DNA from: Actinomycetota bacterium
GTDB taxonomy: Bacteria; Actinomycetota; Actinomycetes; Actinomycetales; Microbacteriaceae
Reading direction: 5' to 3'
DNA length: 64,000 bases
NCBI GenBank assembly: GCA_041158585.1
Contig: JBEBBA010000057.1
Span: 1,882-65,881 of the forward strand
A model generated the notes under the pieces. It did not search any database. It was not told where the DNA came from and saw only the letters and a list, made by a program, of their open reading frames with translations. Of this stretch, positions 46,929 to 56,446 are shown one piece after another. The stretch's first letter is position 1. Each line of letters starts with the position of its first letter. The position numbers were made by a program, and so were the translations under genes.

Positions 46929-48260
46929 CTAATTGTCCAACAGATCGGTAACCAACGCTGCAATGGCCGAGCGCTCCGAGCGAGTAAGGGTTATGTGTCC
47001 GAATAAGCTCTGGCCCTTGAGCGCTTCGATCACGGCAGCGATGCCGTCGTGGCGACCAACTCTCAGGTTGTCGCGCTGAGCTACGTCGTGAGTGAGTACG
47101 ACCTTCGAGTTTTGACCAATTCGGCTGAGAACAGTTAGGAGTACGTTGCGCTCTAGAGACTGCGCCTCATCAACGATCACAAAGGCATCGTGCAATGAGC
47201 GCCCGCGGATGTGCGTAAGGGGCAAGACCTCAAGGATTCCGCGGTCAACAACGTGGTCGATGACCTCCTTGGAAACCAACGCACCCAGGGTGTCGAAGAT
47301 TGCCTGCCCCCACGGGTTCATCTTCTCGTTCTCTGTACCTGGTAAGAAGCCAATGTCCTGGCCACCGACCGCATAGATCGGACGGAACACCATGATCTTC
47401 TTGTGGGCGCGACGCTCGAGTACTGCCTCTAGAGCTGCACACAGAGCCAACGCCGACTTACCGGTGCCGGCTCGCCCTCCCAGGCTTACGATTCCAACTT
47501 CGGGATCTAATAAAAGGTCGATTGCTAGACGCTGTTCCGCGCTACGACCGTGGACGCCAAAAACGTCTCTATCACCGCGCACCATCTTGACGGTCTTCTC
47601 AGGTGTCACGCGCCCCAGAGCTTGCCCTCTGGCCGAGGAGACCACGAGAGCCGTATTGGCTGGCATGTCCTTGACATCCTTGTGCTTAAGAATCTCTTCG
47701 TCGTAAAACTTAGCCATCTCTTCAGGCGAAATCGCGAGTTCGCCGACCCCGGTCCAGCCGGAGTCGATCGCCATGTTGTTGCGGTACTCCTCGGCATGCA
47801 TACCGAGTGCCGCAACCTTTACTCGCATCGGCAGGTCTTGCGAAACGACGGTGACGTCGTGACCCTCATTAGCTAGGTTGAACGCGACCGCGAGGATGCG
47901 GGAGTCGTTGTCGCCAAGTTGAAATCCCACCGGCAGGACCGACTGGTCGATGTGGTTGAGCTCAACCCTCAGGGTTCCGCCATCGCCAACTTCAATCGGG
48001 AAGTCGAGGCGCTCGTGCTCGCTGCGAAGATCATCTAGGTGCCTGAGTGTCTGCCTGGCGAAGTAGCCGATTTCGGGGTCGTGCCGCTTCTTCTCGAGCT
48101 CGTTGATCACAATGATCGGAATAACCACCGACTGCTCTTTGAACCTAAATAGAGCTTTTGGATCGCTCAACAGCACCGATGTGTCGAGCACGTAGGTCTT
48201 GAGTTTCTCACCAGCCTTCGCAGTCGAACGGGACTTTTGGGCGTTGGTAGCTTTAGTCAC
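46929..48260 (-). CDS. PhoH2: PIN domain plus PhoH ATPase
   Basis: [43 protein letters not shown]. Confidence 0.92.
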   Translation of the reverse strand: MTKATNAQKSRSTAKAGEKLKTYVLDTSVLLSDPKALFRFKEQSVVIPIIVINELEKKRHDPEIGYFARQTLRHLDDLRSEHERLDFPIEVGDGGTLRVELNHIDQSVLPVGFQLGDNDSRILAVAFNLANEGHDVTVVSQDLPMRVKVAALGMHAEEYRNNMAIDSGWTGVGELAISPEEMAKFYDEEILKHKDVKDMPANTALVVSSARGQALGRVTPEKTVKMVRGDRDVFGVHGRSAEQRLAIDLLLDPEVGIVSLGGRAGTGKSALALCAALEAVLERRAHKKIMVFRPIYAVGGQDIGFLPGTENEKMNPWGQAIFDTLGALVSKEVIDHVVDRGILEVLPLTHIRGRSLHDAFVIVDEAQSLERNVLLTVLSRIGQNSKVVLTHDVAQRDNLRVGRHDGIAAVIEALKGQSLFGHITLTRSERSAIAALVTDLLDN

Positions 48261-48361
48261 TCATGCTCCTTTATCGAAGGCTTGTAGCGACTGTATGTCG
48301 AATTCGGTGCCGAGATTTATTGCGACACGCCCGAATCAGGGTTTCGTAACCGAGGATTTAC

Positions 48362-49123
48362 CTACGCGCCGAAACGGCGGTGTCTGCGCTCGAACGCGCG
48401 GATGGCGCGAAGGAAGTCAACGCGTCTAAAGTCCGGCCACAGGGCTTCCTCGAAGTAGAACTCTGAGTTCGCGCTCTGCCAAAGCAAGAAGCCCGAGAGT
48501 CGCTGTTCGCCAGAGGTACGAATCACAAGATCGGGGTCGGGTTGGCCCCCGGTGTAAAGGTGTTTTGTGATTAGCTCGGGCGAAAGAAGCTCGGCAAGGT
48601 CCTCGACACTTGTTCCTTTTTTGGCGTGCTTTTTCAGGATGGATCGCATAGCGTCAGCAATTTCTTTGCGTCCACCGTAGCCAACGGCAAGATTCACGTG
48701 TGGTCCGGTTGCCTTCTTGCTCGCCCGTTCCGCCGCCTCGATGCTGGACCTAAGGCCAGCGGGTAAAGCTTCACGGTCACCTACGAGTTGGAGTTTGAAA
48801 TCGCCGGAGGCAGCCAAGTCACCGGCCAGGGTCGCAATAACCTCCATTAATTCTTCGAGCTCTTTGCTTTCGCGTTTCGTGAGGTTATCTGTCGAGAGTA
48901 GGTAGAGGGTGGCAACGTTCACACCGATGTCTTTGCACCAGCCAAGAAACTCCACGACTTTGGCAGCTCCCGCGGCGTGCCCATCCGCTGTTGTGGTGCC
49001 CGGCTTACGCTCGGCCCAACGACGGTTACCGTCGAGAATCACGCCTACGTGACGGGGTAGATCCTCGAGAGTGAGCGAGTTTTCGATGCTTCGCTCGTAA
49101 AGCTTGTAGAGGAGGTTGCGCAC
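48362..49123 (-). CDS. cis-isoprenyl transferase (UppS family, short-chain Z-type)
   Basis: PRHVGVILDGNRRWA, LSTDN, VGYGGR, PDPDLVIRTSGEQRLSGFLLWQ. Confidence 0.92.
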   Translation of the reverse strand: MRNLLYKLYERSIENSLTLEDLPRHVGVILDGNRRWAERKPGTTTADGHAAGAAKVVEFLGWCKDIGVNVATLYLLSTDNLTKRESKELEELMEVIATLAGDLAASGDFKLQLVGDREALPAGLRSSIEAAERASKKATGPHVNLAVGYGGRKEIADAMRSILKKHAKKGTSVEDLAELLSPELITKHLYTGGQPDPDLVIRTSGEQRLSGFLLWQSANSEFYFEEALWPDFRRVDFLRAIRAFERRHRRFGA

Positions 49124-49141
49124 AGGGATAGGCTACTACCT

Positions 49142-49831
49142 ATGAACCTACCCATCTCGACTGGCTTTAGAGAGCCCGAAGAAAAGAAGCCGAGTTGGCG
49201 AGGTTGGATTCACACCGGAGTTCTTCCAATTGTCATCGCCGGTGGAATCGTCCTTATTGTCCTTGCAGACGGTGTCGCAGCGAAAGTTGCTTCAGCCCTC
49301 TTTTTCGCGTCATCCTTTCTGCTTTTTGGTAACTCTGCGCTTTACCACCGCTTCAACTGGAGCCCGAAGGTAAAGGTCGCTCTCAAGCGAATCGACCACG
49401 CAAACATCTTTCTGCTGATTGCCGGCAGCTACACGCCGATTACCATGTTGGCCCTACCGCGTGAACTTGGCACTCCCCTGCTTATCGGAGTTTGGATTAC
49501 GGCCATCGTTGGCATCGGGTTCAGAGTTTTCTGGATCTCCGCCCCGCGGTGGCTCTACGTTCCGATCTATGTGGTCATGGGCTGGGTGGCACTAGGCTTC
49601 ACCGCCGAGTTTTTCGCGGTTAACGCTCCGATGATGATTTTGATCTTGGTTGGCGGTCTCTGCTACACGGTTGGTGCAGTGGTATACGGCCTAAAAAAGC
49701 CGAACCCGATCCCGGGTCACTTCGGCTTTCACGAGATTTTTCACAGCCTGACCGTCCTGGCATTCATGTGCCACTGGACGGCGAGCCTACTTATTGCGCT
49801 TGACCCCGCGGTCGGCAGCCTCGGCGGCTAG
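49142..49831 (+). CDS. Hemolysin III / PAQR family membrane protein
   Basis: KPSWRGWIH, SALYH, RIDHANIFLLIAGSYTP, GFHEIFH. Confidence 0.9.
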   Translation: MNLPISTGFREPEEKKPSWRGWIHTGVLPIVIAGGIVLIVLADGVAAKVASALFFASSFLLFGNSALYHRFNWSPKVKVALKRIDHANIFLLIAGSYTPITMLALPRELGTPLLIGVWITAIVGIGFRVFWISAPRWLYVPIYVVMGWVALGFTAEFFAVNAPMMILILVGGLCYTVGAVVYGLKKPNPIPGHFGFHEIFHSLTVLAFMCHWTASLLIALDPAVGSLGG

Positions 49832-50014
49832 CTTTTCTTGAACCTCGGCGCGGTAGCGAACCTTGCGCATACGGCGGACCATGTCGAAGATCAGAACGAT
49901 CGCTAGTCCCGCCATGGCGAAGGTGAAGATAAACCCGAGAACGCCTGGGCTGTAAAACTTTTCAGCGTCGTTTTCGATTGGCTCGGTGGTGGCTAAGAAC
50001 AGCAAGAACTTCAT
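49787..50014 (-). CDS. Small conserved membrane protein
   Basis: SPGVLGFIFTF...DMVRRMRKVRYR; CATAAT box 6 nt upstream of ATG. Confidence 0.7.
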   Translation of the reverse strand: MKFLLFLATTEPIENDAEKFYSPGVLGFIFTFAMAGLAIVLIFDMVRRMRKVRYRAEVQEKLAAEAADRGVKRNK

Positions 50015-50043
50015 AACCCAATTATGCCCGCTACCCTAGATAT

Positions 50044-50436
50044 GTGACCGACCTCAATGCCCGCTACGGACGTAAACCGCAGAACACCAAACGAAACATC
50101 GTGGTGTTGGCGGGTATTTTGCTGATCGCATTTTTCACCTGGGCCATCTTCGTGAACTTCGCCGTTCACCCCGAGGACGCAACCTACACGGGCGAAACCA
50201 TAGCCTTCGACAGCTACGACGATCACCACATTTCGGCCACCATCGAGGTCACCGGTGTAGCCGTTGAAGGCGTCGTTGAATGCACCGGCAAGGCCTTGGA
50301 CGCCGATTACGGAGTTGTTGGTTACCGCCAGTTCGAGATCGACATGAAGGGCGAGGCAGAGATGCGCGTTCAGCTGCTCGTGAACACCACCGCGAAAGCC
50401 GCAAGCGTTGTGGTTGAAGCCTGCGACCTCAAATAA
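50044..50436 (+). CDS. DUF4307 domain protein
   Basis: LNARYG, TM, C..KAL..DY.VVG, C-terminal C; upstream of greA. Confidence 0.75.
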   Translation: MTDLNARYGRKPQNTKRNIVVLAGILLIAFFTWAIFVNFAVHPEDATYTGETIAFDSYDDHHISATIEVTGVAVEGVVECTGKALDADYGVVGYRQFEIDMKGEAEMRVQLLVNTTAKAASVVVEACDLK

Positions 50437-50472
50437 ACTTGGAACACCCCCTAAACCCACAGAGGTAGAACT

Positions 50473-50952
50473 ATGTCCGAACACGAAACTTGGCTCACAC
50501 AAGAGGCTTACGACCGCTTGGCGAACGAACTCGAGAACCTGATGGTGAACGAGCGCGCTCGCATTGCCAAGGTGATCCAGGAGGCTCGCGAAGAGGGCGA
50601 CCTCAAGGAAAACGGCGGTTACCACGCCGCGAAGGACGAGCAGGGACGCATCGAGGCGCGAATCAACCGCATCGAAGAAATCTTGGCCAACTCGATTGTT
50701 GGCGAAGCACCTGAATCACACGGCGTCGTCGAGCAAGGCACCTTGGTCACGCTAACCCTGAACGGAAAAGAGCAGACCTTCTTACTTGGATCCGCAGAGA
50801 TGGCAGATGCCGACACCACCGTTTACACACCGGATAGCCCGATTGGTGAGGCAATTCTGGGCAAGAAGGTCGGCGACGAGTTGACTTACGAGGCACCGAA
50901 CGGACGCGAGTTCGAGGTCAAGATCCTCGACGTCAAAAACTTTACGGGCTAA
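50473..50952 (+). CDS. greA: Transcription elongation factor GreA
   Basis: WLTQEAY.RL, AREEGDLKENGGYHAAK, SPIGEAILG. Confidence 0.96.
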   Translation: MSEHETWLTQEAYDRLANELENLMVNERARIAKVIQEAREEGDLKENGGYHAAKDEQGRIEARINRIEEILANSIVGEAPESHGVVEQGTLVTLTLNGKEQTFLLGSAEMADADTTVYTPDSPIGEAILGKKVGDELTYEAPNGREFEVKILDVKNFTG

Positions 50953-52181
50953 GCCTCTTCGATGCGGGCGTTTAAGCCGGCGTCAGTTAGCGCCTTTAGA
51001 ACGCGCATGCGATGTGCGTGACCGCTGGTTTCAACACTCAAACGCAGTTCAACTTCGCTGATGTCGAGGTCTTTGCCGTGGCGAGTGTGCAAAACTTCAA
51101 CAACGTTGCCCTGCGCCGAAGCCACCGCGTCGGCAGCCTTCACGAGCTGCCCTGGACGGTCCGGAAGCATTACAACGATGGTCGTGTAACGCTCCGATGC
51201 CGCTAGACCATGCCCGATAACCTTCTGCATTAGCAATGGGTCGATGTTGCCACCCGAAAGCACCACAACGGTCTTACCCTTCGGCTTGATTGCGCCAGAC
51301 ATCAAAGCGGCCACACCAACGGCACCGGCGGGCTCGACAACCTGCTTCGAGCGCTCGCTCAGCACAACAATCGCCTTCGCGATGTCGTCGTCGCTTACGG
51401 TGACAACCTTGTGAATGTTGGCCTTGATGAGTTCGAAAGGAATTGACCCAGGTTTGGCGACGGCAATGCCGTCGGCGATGGTGCGCTTGGTTTTGATCTC
51501 GGTTGGCTTGCCTGCCTTGAGCGAGGTTACGTAAGACGCGGCGTTTTCGGCCTGGACTCCCCAAACTTTGACGCCTTTGCCAAGCGCTGCCTTCAGGTAC
51601 GTAGCAACTCCAGCAGCAAGGCCACCGCCACCGATTGCAACGATGACGTTCTTTACATCCGGAACCTGGTCGAGAAGTTCAAGACCGACCGTGCCCTGGC
51701 CGAGAATCACGTCGAGGTTGTCGTACGGCGGGATAAAGATTGCACCCTTTTTGTTCGCGTACTCGCGGGCTGCCACAAGGGTTTCGGCGAAGACGGCACC
51801 CGAAAGAACCACGTCGGCACCGTAGTTCTTTGTGGCTTCAAACTTCGGCAACGATGCACCCACGGGCATGAAGATCGTTGCTTTGATTCCGAGTTTCTTG
51901 GCGGCAAGGGCTACACCTTGGGCGTGGTTGCCAGCCGAGGCAGCGACGACACCCTTCTTGCGCTCCGCGGCAGTGAGTTTGCTCATGCGGTGGTAAGCGC
52001 CACGAAGTTTGTATGCACCGGTTCGCTGCAGGTTCTCAGCTTTGAGTATGACTTCTGTGCCGGTTAGTTGCGAAAGGTAGTTGGAGTGAATGACCGGGGT
52101 GACCTGAGCAACCGAAGAAACAATAGCCGCGGCGCGCTCGAAATCTTCGACGGTCGGCTTTGGTTCGGGTTGGTTTGGCAT
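50949..52181 (-). CDS. ilvA: Threonine ammonia-lyase with C-terminal ACT domain
   Basis: KAENLQRTGAYKLRGA, SAGNHAQG, GGGGL, TIADG, LSGGN, LPDRPGQL. Confidence 0.9.
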   Translation of the reverse strand: MPNQPEPKPTVEDFERAAAIVSSVAQVTPVIHSNYLSQLTGTEVILKAENLQRTGAYKLRGAYHRMSKLTAAERKKGVVAASAGNHAQGVALAAKKLGIKATIFMPVGASLPKFEATKNYGADVVLSGAVFAETLVAAREYANKKGAIFIPPYDNLDVILGQGTVGLELLDQVPDVKNVIVAIGGGGLAAGVATYLKAALGKGVKVWGVQAENAASYVTSLKAGKPTEIKTKRTIADGIAVAKPGSIPFELIKANIHKVVTVSDDDIAKAIVVLSERSKQVVEPAGAVGVAALMSGAIKPKGKTVVVLSGGNIDPLLMQKVIGHGLAASERYTTIVVMLPDRPGQLVKAADAVASAQGNVVEVLHTRHGKDLDISEVELRLSVETSGHAHRMRVLKALTDAGLNARIEEA

Positions 52182-52232
52182 GTGTCCTCGCTTTGAATAC
52201 GCTGTAATGAGTTTAGTTTGCGAAGGGCGAAG

Positions 52233-53414
52233 ATGGCTGCCGATGTAGGTGTTCTAGAGGCACGAGCGATTTCGCTTAGAAGTTTGGGGGTTGACTCCGA
52301 CCGAGACGACTCGGTGATGGACGTCGTCAACCGCCTCGGATTGCTGCAAATCGATTCGGTCAACGTTTTCGAGCGCGCGCACTACATGCCGCTCTTCTCG
52401 CGCCTAGGTAACTTCCCGAAGTCAGAGCTCGACGACCTAATGGGTGGATTCCACCCAACTCTCATCGAATACTGGGCGCACGAAGCTTCGATCATTCCAC
52501 TCGAAAAGTGGCCGCTTTACCGCTGGCGCATGGACGCCTACCGCTCGAAGTATGAAAACAAGTGGGGCATGCAAGCCAAAGACCACAAGCTGGTCGAACA
52601 AATCAGGGCCCAACTGCTTGCCAATGGGCCTATGTCTACAAACCAGTTTGAGACCGAGGCGAACCAACGCAAAGGCACCTGGTGGGGTTGGAGCGAACTC
52701 AAGAGTGCGCTCGAGTACATGTTCCTGGTCGGCGACCTCGTCTCGGGCGGGCGAGATGCTTTTCGGAGACTCTACGCTCTCCCCGAGCAGGTTCTCCCCC
52801 AAAGTGTCTTAGAACACCTGCCAGACGCCGATGAAGCCAAGGAAGCACTGATGCTTCAAGCGGCAAAAGCCTTCGGGATCGCCACTTATCGAGATCTCTG
52901 TGACTGGCACCGAATGAAGCCGGTGAATCACAAACACATTTTGCAAAACCTTCTCGACAAGGGTTTGTTGGTGCCCGTGAACGTATCGGGTTGGCTCGAT
53001 CAGGGCTACGCAGCAGCCGCAACCAACCTGGACGCCTCTGCCAAGTCAGGGAGCCGAACCACAGTCCTGAGCCCGTTTGACCCCGTCTGCTGGAACAGAG
53101 AGCGCATCGAAAGAATGTGGGGATTCAACTACCGGATCGAGATTTACACCCCTGAGCCGAAGAGGCAATTTGGGTACTACACGCTCCCGATTCTTCACGA
53201 CCGCAAACTCGTTGGTCGCATCGATCTCAAGAGCGACAGAAAGCCCGGCACCCTGTTAGCCAAGGCGTCTTGGCACGAACCAGATTTGAAGAACCGCGAG
53301 GTTCAGGCATTGGCAAAGGCCCTGACCAAACACCTCGACACTGTGAGGAGCTGGCAGGGCCTTCGCGAAACGGTTATTGACCCGAAGGGCAACCTAGCCG
53401 AATTCTTGGGCTAG
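52233..53414 (+). CDS. YcaQ/AlkZ-like winged-helix DNA glycosylase (HTH_42)
   Basis: LGLLQIDSVNVFERAHY..LFSRLG, EYWAHEA, LSPFDP, YRIEIYTP..KR.FGYY, GRIDLK. Confidence 0.88.
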   Translation: MAADVGVLEARAISLRSLGVDSDRDDSVMDVVNRLGLLQIDSVNVFERAHYMPLFSRLGNFPKSELDDLMGGFHPTLIEYWAHEASIIPLEKWPLYRWRMDAYRSKYENKWGMQAKDHKLVEQIRAQLLANGPMSTNQFETEANQRKGTWWGWSELKSALEYMFLVGDLVSGGRDAFRRLYALPEQVLPQSVLEHLPDADEAKEALMLQAAKAFGIATYRDLCDWHRMKPVNHKHILQNLLDKGLLVPVNVSGWLDQGYAAAATNLDASAKSGSRTTVLSPFDPVCWNRERIERMWGFNYRIEIYTPEPKRQFGYYTLPILHDRKLVGRIDLKSDRKPGTLLAKASWHEPDLKNREVQALAKALTKHLDTVRSWQGLRETVIDPKGNLAEFLG

Positions 53415-54298
53415 AAGCCGCCACCCATCTGCTTTAGGCGCTCGATGCGCTTTGGAATCGGTGGGTGCGACGAGAACAAACGCTCGGTGAGCCCTGGCTT
53501 CATCGGGTCAGAGATGTACATGTGCGACATGCTCGCCGAGGCCCGGCGAAGCGGGCGACCGTACTGACCAAGCTTCTGCAGAGCAGAGGCTAGACCCTCT
53601 GGGTAGCGAGTGATTTCTGCTGCCGAGGCGTCGGCAAGGTACTCGCGCTGACGAGAAACCGCGGCGTTCACCAAAGGGCCGATCAGGAACGCGATGATGC
53701 TTCCGACGATACCAACCAAGAGCAAGACCAAACCGAAGCCATTGTCTTCTCTGTTTCGGCTACCTGAAGCAAAGAACGACATGCGAATGGCGAAGTCCGC
53801 GATGATTCCGATTGCCGAAACCAAGCCGAAGACAATCGCCGAGACGCGGATGTCGTAGTTGCGAACGTGGCCCATTTCGTGAGCCATAACGCCTTCGAGT
53901 TCTTTGTCATCCATGATGGCGAGCAACCCAGAGGTGGCGGCGACAACCGCCTTCTCAGGGTTACGGCCGGTAGCAAAGGCGTTCGGTGCGTCGTCTGGAA
54001 TAACGTAAACCTTGGGCATCGGCATGCCCTGAGAAATTGCGATGTTCTCGACGATGTTCCAAAGGCGCGGGTTGTCTCGCTTCTGAATTGGCACAGCGCC
54101 GCTCATTGCGACAGCAATCGAGGTCGATGCGTAGTACTGAAAAACCGTGTACAGAACCGCAAAGCCGATGATCATTAGCGCACTCGAACCGTCGCCAGAT
54201 GCGTAACCCCACCAGAGGGAAAGCCCGGCTAACAGGCCGATAAACAAACCGATGATGATTACGGTGTTGCGTTTATTGGCGGCTATCGCCCGATACAT
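53411..54298 (-). CDS. htpX: M48 zinc metalloprotease HtpX
   Basis: PNAFATG, HEMGH (HExxH), SRQREYLAD, SHPP. Confidence 0.9.
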   Translation of the reverse strand: MYRAIAANKRNTVIIIGLFIGLLAGLSLWWGYASGDGSSALMIIGFAVLYTVFQYYASTSIAVAMSGAVPIQKRDNPRLWNIVENIAISQGMPMPKVYVIPDDAPNAFATGRNPEKAVVAATSGLLAIMDDKELEGVMAHEMGHVRNYDIRVSAIVFGLVSAIGIIADFAIRMSFFASGSRNREDNGFGLVLLLVGIVGSIIAFLIGPLVNAAVSRQREYLADASAAEITRYPEGLASALQKLGQYGRPLRRASASMSHMYISDPMKPGLTERLFSSHPPIPKRIERLKQMGGGF

Positions 54299-54305
54299 GG
54301 TTCTC

Positions 54306-54875
54306 CTAGAACTTGACCTGTGGTGGCTCTTGGATGGCGGCCTGGTCGGCTACCTCGAAGAACTCGCGAGCGGTGAAACCAAGCTTCGCAACAAACAGGG
54401 TCTGCGGGAACTGCTTGATCTTAATGTTCAGCTCGCGAACGCCACCGTTGTAGAAGCGGCGCGAAGCCATGATCTTGTCCTCGGTGTCTGTGAGTTCGCG
54501 CTGAAGCTCAAGAAAGTTCACATTGGCCTGCAGGGCTGGGTAAGCCTCGGCAACCATGAACAGGCTCTTCAGGGTTGACTGGAGGTCGCCTTCGGCCTGC
54601 GCGGCAGCAGCTGGGTGAGCCAAAGCTTCTGGCGAAACAGTAGCCGCGCGAGCACGTGTTACGTTCTCAAAAACTTCTTTTTCGTGAGTCGCGTAACCCT
54701 GAACGGTTGCGATCAAGTTTGGAATCAAATCTGCTCGACGCTTGAGCTGAACGGTGATGTCGCTCCAGGCTTCACTGACGCGCTCGTTTAGCTTTACGAG
54801 CCCGTTGTAGGTAACCCAGAGGAAGATTCCGGTTAGAAGTACGAGGCCTAGCAAGACCCATAGAACGATTTCCAT
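54306..54875 (-). CDS. lemA: LemA family protein
   Basis: YNGLV, AWSDITVQLKRRADLIPNL, EAYPAL, RRFYN. Confidence 0.93.
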   Translation of the reverse strand: MEIVLWVLLGLVLLTGIFLWVTYNGLVKLNERVSEAWSDITVQLKRRADLIPNLIATVQGYATHEKEVFENVTRARAATVSPEALAHPAAAAQAEGDLQSTLKSLFMVAEAYPALQANVNFLELQRELTDTEDKIMASRRFYNGGVRELNIKIKQFPQTLFVAKLGFTAREFFEVADQAAIQEPPQVKF

Positions 54876-54971
54876 TTAGTGCTCCTTCTGACGCGTTTGC
54901 GTCGTAGTTAAAGCCTATTGGCAACCTGAGACTTACAGAACCAGAGGCGTAAAGCCTTGAGCGAACAACGG

Positions 54972-55044
54972 TGCCCCCTGTGGGACTCGAACCCACACTG
55001 TGACGATTTTAAGTCGTCTGCCTCTGCCATTGGGCTAAGGGGGC
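54972..55044 (-). tRNA. tRNA-Leu (anticodon TAA), short variable loop, CCA not encoded
   Basis: GCCCCCT acceptor pairing with GGGGGC-A, D arm, GACGA-CTTAAAA-TCGTC anticodon arm, GTGGG-TTCGAGT-CCCAC T arm; 73 nt. Confidence 0.92.
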
Positions 55045-55048
55045 TGGC

Positions 55049-55084
55049 TAAACGAAAAGGCCCGAATTGCTTCGGACCTTCTCG
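55049..55084 (-). terminator. Terminator-like hairpin between ndh and the tRNA
   Basis: CGAGAAGGTCCGAA-GCAA-TTCGGGCCTTTTCG (14-bp stem with G-U pairs that form only on the minus strand) followed by TTTA. Confidence 0.6.
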
Positions 55085-55099
55085 CTCAAGCTCAGTTGA

Positions 55100-56419
55100 T
55101 TACTTCTTGGGCTTCGACGCGAAGGTCTCAAACTGTAATCGTGGCGACTTGGTTGCCGAGATACTCACGATGTCGCGGCGTAGCAAGAAGTTCCAGATCC
55201 AACCCGAGAATACGCGAATCTTACGCTCCCACATAGGAATGGCTAGGCCGTGGTAGCCGCGGTGCATGAACCATGCGAGCAGGCCCTTGACGGCCAACTT
55301 CTTGTACTGGAACACACCGACACCGATGCCGAGACCGGCAACTGCGCCTAGAGGCTTGTGGAAGTACTCCTTGATGCCTTCGCCGCGAATTGCTGCAACG
55401 AGATTCTTGGCAAGGAGCTTGCCCTGGCGAACAGCGTGCTGAGCGTTTGGAACGCAGAAACCACCGACGCCGAAGCCCGAGAGGTCAGGAACAGCTGAGA
55501 CGTCTCCGGCAGTCCAAGCGCCTTCGACAACGTCGTCGCCGTTTGCGACCTGAAGGGTTGCCTTGGCAGTGATGCGTCCGCGCTCGTCTAGCGGGAGGTC
55601 GGTGTTGCGAACGTAAGGGTGGGCCATCACACCTGCGGTCCAGACGATTACGTCGGACTCAAAGCTTTCGCCGGTCGAAAGCTCAACCTTGCCCTTGACA
55701 GCCGACTGCAGCTGGGTGTTTAGGTGAATCTTCGCGCCGCGCTTGTCGAGGTTGGCGATAACCCATTCGCTGGTCTTCTGCGAAACCTCGGGCATGATGC
55801 GTCCCATTGCTTCGATGAGGTGGAAGCGGACGTCATCGAAAGAGATGTTTGGGTAGTAGCGCAGCAGGTAGGTTGCGAGCGAACGCATTTCGGCGAATGC
55901 CTCGATACCCGCGAATCCACCACCGACAACTACGAAGGTTAGAAGGCGGTCGCGGTCTGGTCCGGCTGGAAGGTTGGCCGCCTTGTCGAAGTTCGACAGC
56001 ATGCGGTTGCGAACCTCGACGGCTTCTTCGATGTTTTTGAGGCCGATAGCCTGCTCGGCAACACCCGGAATCGGGAATGTGCGCGAGACGGCGCCGGCGG
56101 TAACGACGATGTGGTCGTAAGTCTCTTTGTAAGGCTTTAGACCGGCGACCTCGATGGTTGCGTTCTTCTTGGCGTGGTTCACGTTGGTGACCTTGCCCAG
56201 AACCACCTTGGTGTTGCGCAGGTGTCTGCGGTGCGAAACGACAGCGTGACGGGCTTCGATCGAGCCAGCAACAACCTCAGGAAGGAATGGCTGGTAGGTC
56301 ATGTAAGGAAGCGGGTCAACGAGAGTGATCTCTGCTTCGTTCTTACCAAGGTATTTTTCGAGTTTTAGAGCGGTGTAGAAACCGGCGTAACCGCCACCGA
56401 CAATCAGGATTTTAGGCAT
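55100..56419 (-). CDS. ndh: Type II NADH dehydrogenase-like FAD-dependent oxidoreductase
   Basis: GGGYAG, YQPFLPEV, GGGFAGIE, WTAGV, AGD, PNAQHAVRQG. Confidence 0.8.
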   Translation of the reverse strand: MPKILIVGGGYAGFYTALKLEKYLGKNEAEITLVDPLPYMTYQPFLPEVVAGSIEARHAVVSHRRHLRNTKVVLGKVTNVNHAKKNATIEVAGLKPYKETYDHIVVTAGAVSRTFPIPGVAEQAIGLKNIEEAVEVRNRMLSNFDKAANLPAGPDRDRLLTFVVVGGGFAGIEAFAEMRSLATYLLRYYPNISFDDVRFHLIEAMGRIMPEVSQKTSEWVIANLDKRGAKIHLNTQLQSAVKGKVELSTGESFESDVIVWTAGVMAHPYVRNTDLPLDERGRITAKATLQVANGDDVVEGAWTAGDVSAVPDLSGFGVGGFCVPNAQHAVRQGKLLAKNLVAAIRGEGIKEYFHKPLGAVAGLGIGVGVFQYKKLAVKGLLAWFMHRGYHGLAIPMWERKIRVFSGWIWNFLLRRDIVSISATKSPRLQFETFASKPKK

Positions 56420-56446
56420 GGGGTCTATTTTACTTTCATTCTGTTA

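Noticed and set aside
46929-48361. PIN-domain protein as a toxin of a TA module
   Set aside because: It is the conserved PIN-PhoH fusion; no credible antitoxin ORF in the 100-bp upstream gap (only an overlapping ATG-AGT-GAC-TAA too close to the RBS).
54924-54942. CTTACAGAACC upstream of lemA resembling the repeat at the two-component promoter
   Set aside because: Only one half-site with no 11-bp-phased partner; too weak to support.
54876-55044. tRNA 3' end as an integration site or island boundary
   Set aside because: No integrase nearby, no duplicated tRNA 3' end seen by eye, and flanking genes (lemA, htpX) are ordinary.
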